Shown one piece after another: positions 62,832 through 64,000 of a stretch of 64,000 nt of DNA; position 1 is the stretch's first letter, and every line of letters starts with the position of its first letter. The DNA is from Somniosus microcephalus. Its lineage: Eukaryota. The notes beneath the pieces are model-generated. The model was not told where the DNA came from, did not search any database, and saw only the letters and a list, made by a program, of their open reading frames with translations. The translations under genes and the position numbers were made by a program. The stretch lies in contig CM126205.1 of the NCBI GenBank assembly GCA_052327205.1, positions 245,582,001-245,646,000 on the forward strand, written 5' to 3'.

Positions 62832-63312
62832 CTGCAAATCGAAATTGAGAAAAAAAGGCTGAAGTAATTGAAACATTTCACCACCCTTCCACCCCAAAAT
62901 GATTTAATTTTTCAGTGTTAGTTTAGACAATAACTTTGTTGGCATTGCAGCATTCCTATTGTTGTTCTTTTTAGAAATGCTGTTAAAACTTCGACAAAAC
63001 AATGTAACATTGTCTATTTTTGTGACCCTTGGCCTTTATAAATAAAGAACAACACTGGTAAACTATTACGTGACACGATAAGCTAGCTAAATAGCACAAA
63101 TAACATATTTAAATAAAACATTCAAACATTTTAATATCCTGTAGTCTTTGCCGCAGAAAACTCGCAAATTATAAATCCGAACAAAGGAATCTCCCTGAAA
63201 TATTGGCTTTTAATAAAATGGCGAAAGATTCAGGACACAGTTACGATTTCTTCATTATTTAAATGTTAGCTAGAACTTAAACGGAACTATTTAACGTTGC
63301 AATTTTACTTGT

Positions 63313-63344
63313 TATTTAGAGTAATTCCTATTTAGAGTAATTCC
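63313..63344. repeat. Perfect 16-bp tandem duplication in the HoxD12 intron
   Basis: TATTTAGAGTAATTCC occurs twice (63313-63328 and 63329-63344). Confidence 0.9.
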
Positions 63345-63590
63345 AGCTATCACACATGGACTGCTCCCATGCTTTCAGTATTGTGTTTCATTATCTCGTC
63401 CTAATCATTTTTGTAATTACAATAATTATTTTCCTGATGGTTCTGATTGCAATAAGCGCCAGTGTTCCGGGATCATTGTTTGATGCTCAATATTTGAAAT
63501 TCACGTGAAGGTGACAGGTAGCACTTTGGAAAAGGAGGGATGCTGCAGTTTTCAAATGATCATCGCTTTAATATTACACTGATACTATAC

Positions 63591-64000
63591 CATCGGAGGA
63601 TCTGTTGCATACTGGCGTTACTGATGACTGTAATGACATATTGAGGCTCACACATTGCTTGATGCCTTCATTTACAGTGGGAGAGTTGGAATTCAATTCA
63701 AAGCCTTGATTATGTAATGTCGAGCCATGCAGAGATGTTTCCACGTTTGGGTACTCGTACTTGGCAGGATTGATGTTGACTGAAGAGGAGATGCTGGCAT
63801 CACTTGGATAAGACTGATTGTGTCTGCATCTCTCCTCCAGTTTTCGGCTGCTGTCTTGGAAGAAGTATTTGTTAGGCTCTTCGCCGGCTGCTGCCTTGTC
63901 TGATCCATGCCTATTGATGCTGATGGAGACTGAGTTGCTGAGATAGGACTGAGAGTAGCCGCTGAAGGCGCGGCTCTGCGGCGGCGATGCGCATGGACTC
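63591..64000 (-). CDS. HoxD12: Homeobox protein Hox-D12, coding exon 1 (5'-truncated by the window edge)
   Basis: Open frame SPCASPPQSRAFSGYSQSYLSNSVSISINRH...KYFFQDSSRKLEERCR...PAKYEY...CNRSSD. Donor GATG|GTATAG, phase 1, joins exon 2 in frame. Confidence 0.93.

Noticed and set aside
63693-63908. 71-aa ORF in the track
   Set aside because: It is the wrong reading frame of HoxD12 exon 1.

Overview
This is eukaryotic DNA: the central 64 kb of a jawed-vertebrate HoxD cluster, transcribed on the minus strand in colinear order. From left to right it holds HoxD4, miR-10b, HoxD5, a gap with no paralog-group 6/7 genes, HoxD8, HoxD9, HoxD10, HoxD11 and most of HoxD12, whose 5' end lies beyond the window. 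HoxD3 should lie off the left edge. Each gene has two coding exons split by a phase-1 GT-AG intron, all traced by hand. An intact HoxD5 points to a cartilaginous fish, and two relics of a shark/ray-type repeat suggest an elasmobranch (inference). Recognisable regulatory elements are both HoxD4 retinoic-acid response elements (RAREs), the Hox4 intron HB-1 element, the conserved Hox5 promoter and a near-perfect miR-196 site in the HoxD8 3' UTR. I found no wholly new protein-coding system. The best leads are: (1) a repeated E-box + ~10 nt + CCA(A/G)T promoter module, including orphan copies followed by strong splice donors, one of them in the lost HoxD6/7 gap; (2) poly(A) signals on both sides of the miR-196 site; (3) NAGNAG tandem acceptors in three genes; (4) Penelope-like repeat relics inside an otherwise repeat-poor cluster. 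Comparisons with other species are from memory and need alignment.
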